From: Candidatus Micrarchaeota archaeon
GTDB lineage: Archaea; Micrarchaeota; Micrarchaeia; Norongarragalinales; Norongarragalinaceae
NCBI GenBank assembly: GCA_964408425.1
Contig: CAYOZI010000001.1
Span: forward strand, 8,861-72,860
Length of the DNA stretch: 64,000 nucleotides
Direction of reading: 5' to 3'
The translations under genes were made by a program, and so were the position numbers. The notes below the pieces were generated by a model. That model worked only from the letters and a program-made list of their open reading frames with translations, searched no databases and had not been told where the DNA came from. Positions 61,148 through 64,000 of this stretch are shown here, piece after piece. The stretch's first letter is position 1. Every line of letters begins with the position of its first letter.

Positions 61148-61254
61148 CCGGCGTATCTTTTTCTCATACTTTCGCGTAATACACCAACTATTCTTATAAA
61201 CCGTTTTTCCCTCATTAACCTCACCTGCGCTTTCAGGGAAAGCGGTTTTGCAAA

Positions 61255-63651
61255 ATGAAAAACATCTATTGGCTCGACGAACTAGACAAAAACAGCTTAA
61301 GCATAGCCGGAGGGAAAGGCGCGAACCTCGCTGAAATGTACAACGCCGGCTTTAAAGTCCCTGAAGCGTTCATCGTCCCTGCCCAGTCTTACTTCGACTT
61401 CGTCAGGAAAAACGGGCTTGAAGAAATAATCGCCAGGGAAACGAAAAACCTCGACTACGAAAACACAGCCGCAGTCCAGAAAGCCTCGCAAACCATCAAA
61501 ACCGCCATCCTCAACGCCCGCATGCACCAGGAAGTCGCCGCGGACGTAACTCGTGCATATAACAAGATTTGCAATTCAAAAAGCATGATTCCATCCATGA
61601 ACGAAGAGGTTTTCGTAGCCATAAGGTCAAGCGCAACTGCCGAGGATTTGCCCACGTCGAGTTTTGCTGGAATACAGGCGACTTTCTTGAACGTCAAGGG
61701 AAGCGAAAACGTCGTGCACGCGGTAAAACAATGCTGGGCTTCGCTGTTCGAAGCGCGGGCTATTTACTACCGCCAACAGCAAGGCTTCGACCACTTGAAG
61801 GTAGGGATAGCCGACGTGGTGCAAAGAATGGTGCAAAGCGAAAAAAGCGGAATCGTCTTTACTGCAGACCCGGTTTTCCAGGATGAAAACAAGATCGTGA
61901 TCGAAGCTGGATTCGGGCTTGGAGAGGCGATAGTAAGCGGAAGCGTCACTCCAGACAAGTACGTCGTGGAAAAAGGGTCTTACCGCATTCTCGAAAAAAC
62001 GCCCGAAAAACAAGAGAGGATGATCACAAAAACAGCCAAGGGCGACGAGTGGGTGGAAGTAGAGCAGGAAATGCAGGAAGTGCAAAAGCTTTCGAACGAA
62101 GAAATACTCGCGCTGGCGAAAACCTGCTCGGAAATAGAAAGGCATTACGGCGGAAAACCGCAGGACATCGAATTCGCAATCGAAGGAAAGGACATTTACA
62201 TAGTTCAAACGCGTGCCATAACCACGCTCGGAAAGAAAGAAGAAAAAGGTGAAAGCAACTTGGGAAGCTTGTTCAACAAAACTTCAACAACACTGAAAGA
62301 AACGGAAGGCGAAGGAAAAGTTTTGCTTCAAGGACTGCCCGCATCTCCAGGAATAGCGAGCGGAACCGTGAAAATAGTTTTTGATTTGACTCAATTGAAC
62401 AAAGTGCAGAAGGGGAATATTCTCGTGACTAGAATGACCACGCCAGACTTCGTGCCTGCGATGAAACGGGCGGCGGGAATAGTCACCGACGAAGGCGGCA
62501 TGACTGCGCATGCTGCAATCGTATCGCGAGAACTCGGGATTCCGTGCATCGTCGGAAGCAGGACTGCGACGAAAGTATTGAAAGACGGGATGGAAATAAC
62601 GATCGACGCCAAAAGAGGCGTTGTTTACGAGGGGATCATCAAAATGGAACAACCCCGAACCGAAAGCCAGACGGCTTCAAACCAAGGGCACGCGGCGATA
62701 GTGACCGGAACCAAGGTGTACTGCAACATTGCCGACGCGGACGTAGCGGAAAAAGTGGCCGCCAGGGACGTGGACGGAGTCGGATTGTTGAGGGCGGAGT
62801 TCATGATCGCGGCGATAGGAGTCCACCCCCGCAAAATAATCAAGGAAGGGCGGCAGAAGGAATTCATCGGCAAGCTGTCGGGCGAATTAAGGCGCGTGTG
62901 CCAAGCTTTTTACCCTCGCCCCGTCGTGTACAGGGCTACCGACTTCAAAACGAACGAATACCGCAATCTCGAAGGGGGGGCGGAATACGAGCCCAAGGAA
63001 GAAAACCCCATGCTCGGATACCGCGGCTGTTTCCGTTACGTGAAAGAACCCGACGTTTTCAGGATGGAATTGCAGGCCATAAAGAAAGTGCGCGAGGAAT
63101 TCGGGCTGAAGAATTTGCATTTGATGATTCCGTTCGTGAGGAGAACCGGAGAGTTGAAGCACGTCAAGGATTTGATGCACCAGGAAGGCATATACCAGAC
63201 TCGAGACTTCAAGCTGTGGATAATGGTCGAAGTTCCTTCAACCGTCTTCATAATAGAAAAGTTTCTCGACTTGGGGGTTGACGGAATAAGCTTCGGGACG
63301 AACGACTTGACCCAGTTGATTCTGGGCGTCGACAGGGACAGCGGAATCGTGGCGGAAGAGTTTGATGAAAGGCACGAGGCGGTGATAAGGGCGCTGAAGC
63401 ACGTGATCAAAGAATGCAACAAGCGCGGGGTTACATCGTCATTCTGCGGGCAGGCGGTTTCGGTATATCCGGAAGTCGCCGAAGCCGTGATACGCTACGG
63501 GATAACGAGCGTGAGCGTAAACGTGGATTCGATCGAAACCGCGCGAAAACTCATCGCGGGCGTGGAAAGAAAAATAATCCTTGAAAAACTCGTCGGTTTG
63601 GACAACCCCAACTCAGAAGCTAAGCCCGACCACCATGACGATTACGGCTGA
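61255..63651 (+). CDS. ppsA: Phosphoenolpyruvate synthase (pyruvate, water dikinase)
   Basis: 798 aa; ATP-grasp N-domain, phosphohistidine domain GGMTAHAAIVSRELGIPCIVG, C-terminal PEP-utilising TIM barrel. Confidence 0.9.
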   Translation: MKNIYWLDELDKNSLSIAGGKGANLAEMYNAGFKVPEAFIVPAQSYFDFVRKNGLEEIIARETKNLDYENTAAVQKASQTIKTAILNARMHQEVAADVTRAYNKICNSKSMIPSMNEEVFVAIRSSATAEDLPTSSFAGIQATFLNVKGSENVVHAVKQCWASLFEARAIYYRQQQGFDHLKVGIADVVQRMVQSEKSGIVFTADPVFQDENKIVIEAGFGLGEAIVSGSVTPDKYVVEKGSYRILEKTPEKQERMITKTAKGDEWVEVEQEMQEVQKLSNEEILALAKTCSEIERHYGGKPQDIEFAIEGKDIYIVQTRAITTLGKKEEKGESNLGSLFNKTSTTLKETEGEGKVLLQGLPASPGIASGTVKIVFDLTQLNKVQKGNILVTRMTTPDFVPAMKRAAGIVTDEGGMTAHAAIVSRELGIPCIVGSRTATKVLKDGMEITIDAKRGVVYEGIIKMEQPRTESQTASNQGHAAIVTGTKVYCNIADADVAEKVAARDVDGVGLLRAEFMIAAIGVHPRKIIKEGRQKEFIGKLSGELRRVCQAFYPRPVVYRATDFKTNEYRNLEGGAEYEPKEENPMLGYRGCFRYVKEPDVFRMELQAIKKVREEFGLKNLHLMIPFVRRTGELKHVKDLMHQEGIYQTRDFKLWIMVEVPSTVFIIEKFLDLGVDGISFGTNDLTQLILGVDRDSGIVAEEFDERHEAVIRALKHVIKECNKRGVTSSFCGQAVSVYPEVAEAVIRYGITSVSVNVDSIETARKLIAGVERKIILEKLVGLDNPNSEAKPDHHDDYG

Positions 63652-64000
63652 TTATGCCACACCATAGTTCCGTTGGTTTTCAAGCCAGCCAAAGCTTTCT
63701 CTAAAGCGGCAGAGGCGCTTGAAACGAAAAACAACGGGATTCTGCTCCTGGCCGCCAGTTTTGAAGCCACCAAGTCGAAAACAAAATTCACTCTCGCTTT
63801 TCGCGAATCCGCCTTCGACGCCATCGCAACGAGCTTCTCGTGAGACAAACTGGAGAATTTTTTCGCGCTAGGGTTTTTGCGCGGGTCTGAATCGTATATG
63901 CCATCAACGTTCGAAACGTTCACCACTCTCTTCGCCCCGACCAATTCTGCAAACAAAACCGAAACCGAATCCGTCGTTATGCCCGGAATCATGCCTCCAG
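63642..64000 (-). CDS. pyrH: Uridylate kinase-like amino-acid-kinase family protein, 3' portion (gene continues beyond the window)
   Basis: C-terminal ..TTDSVSVLFAELVGAKRVVNVSNVDGIYDSDPRKNPSAKKF.. matches the UMP kinase C-terminus; the ORF is open to the window edge. Confidence 0.6.
   Translation of the reverse strand, partial: GGMIPGITTDSVSVLFAELVGAKRVVNVSNVDGIYDSDPRKNPSAKKFSSLSHEKLVAMASKADSRKARVNFVFDLVASKLAARSRIPLFFVSSASAALEKALAGLKTNGTMVWHNQP

Noticed and set aside
1-64000. CRISPR arrays, transposases, integrases, rRNA genes
   Set aside because: No regularly spaced direct repeats, DDE or tyrosine-recombinase-like ORFs, or rRNA-like conserved stretches were seen on either strand.

Overview
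Archaeal chromosome segment: it carries split rpoB'/rpoB'' with rpoH, rpoN, rpoD, family-B DNA polymerase, Cbf5, the exosome/proteasome superoperon (psmA–SBDS–rrp4–rrp41–rrp42–L37Ae) and eL-type ribosomal proteins. Two kinds of region are present. The left ~16 kb (274..15908, all on the minus strand) is an accessory island of secreted and surface proteins. It holds two tandem copies of a tightly coupled three-gene cassette: an LPETD/TM/basic-tail anchored protein, then a large surface protein with the shared signal peptide MKGLFFVLGLFFAMGFVFALPVLNVQGRI, then a small protein with Cys-bracketed PCDGLPEELKQQCL repeats. There is a third orphan copy of the large protein, a further secreted protein, and a ~1000-aa dockerin-like/CARDB-repeat HEFGH zinc metalloprotease. 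pyrB and map are embedded in the island. The remaining ~48 kb is conserved information-processing and housekeeping genes. Six tRNA genes lie on the minus strand, three with introns: Gly and Tyr carry canonical anticodon-loop introns and Pro carries an apparent non-canonical D-loop intron. A double-motif LAGLIDADG-like ORF sits between rpoN and tRNA-Pro, next to a ~400-bp AT-rich tract. Other noteworthy features are a single-ORF (unsplit) RNAP subunit A, a PAS + HD-GYP signalling protein, a candidate structured ncRNA closed by a 9-bp terminal helix upstream of rps13, an rpl14e gene too short for the ORF track, and Lys-rich terminal extensions on several housekeeping proteins. No CRISPR array, transposase or rRNA was seen.
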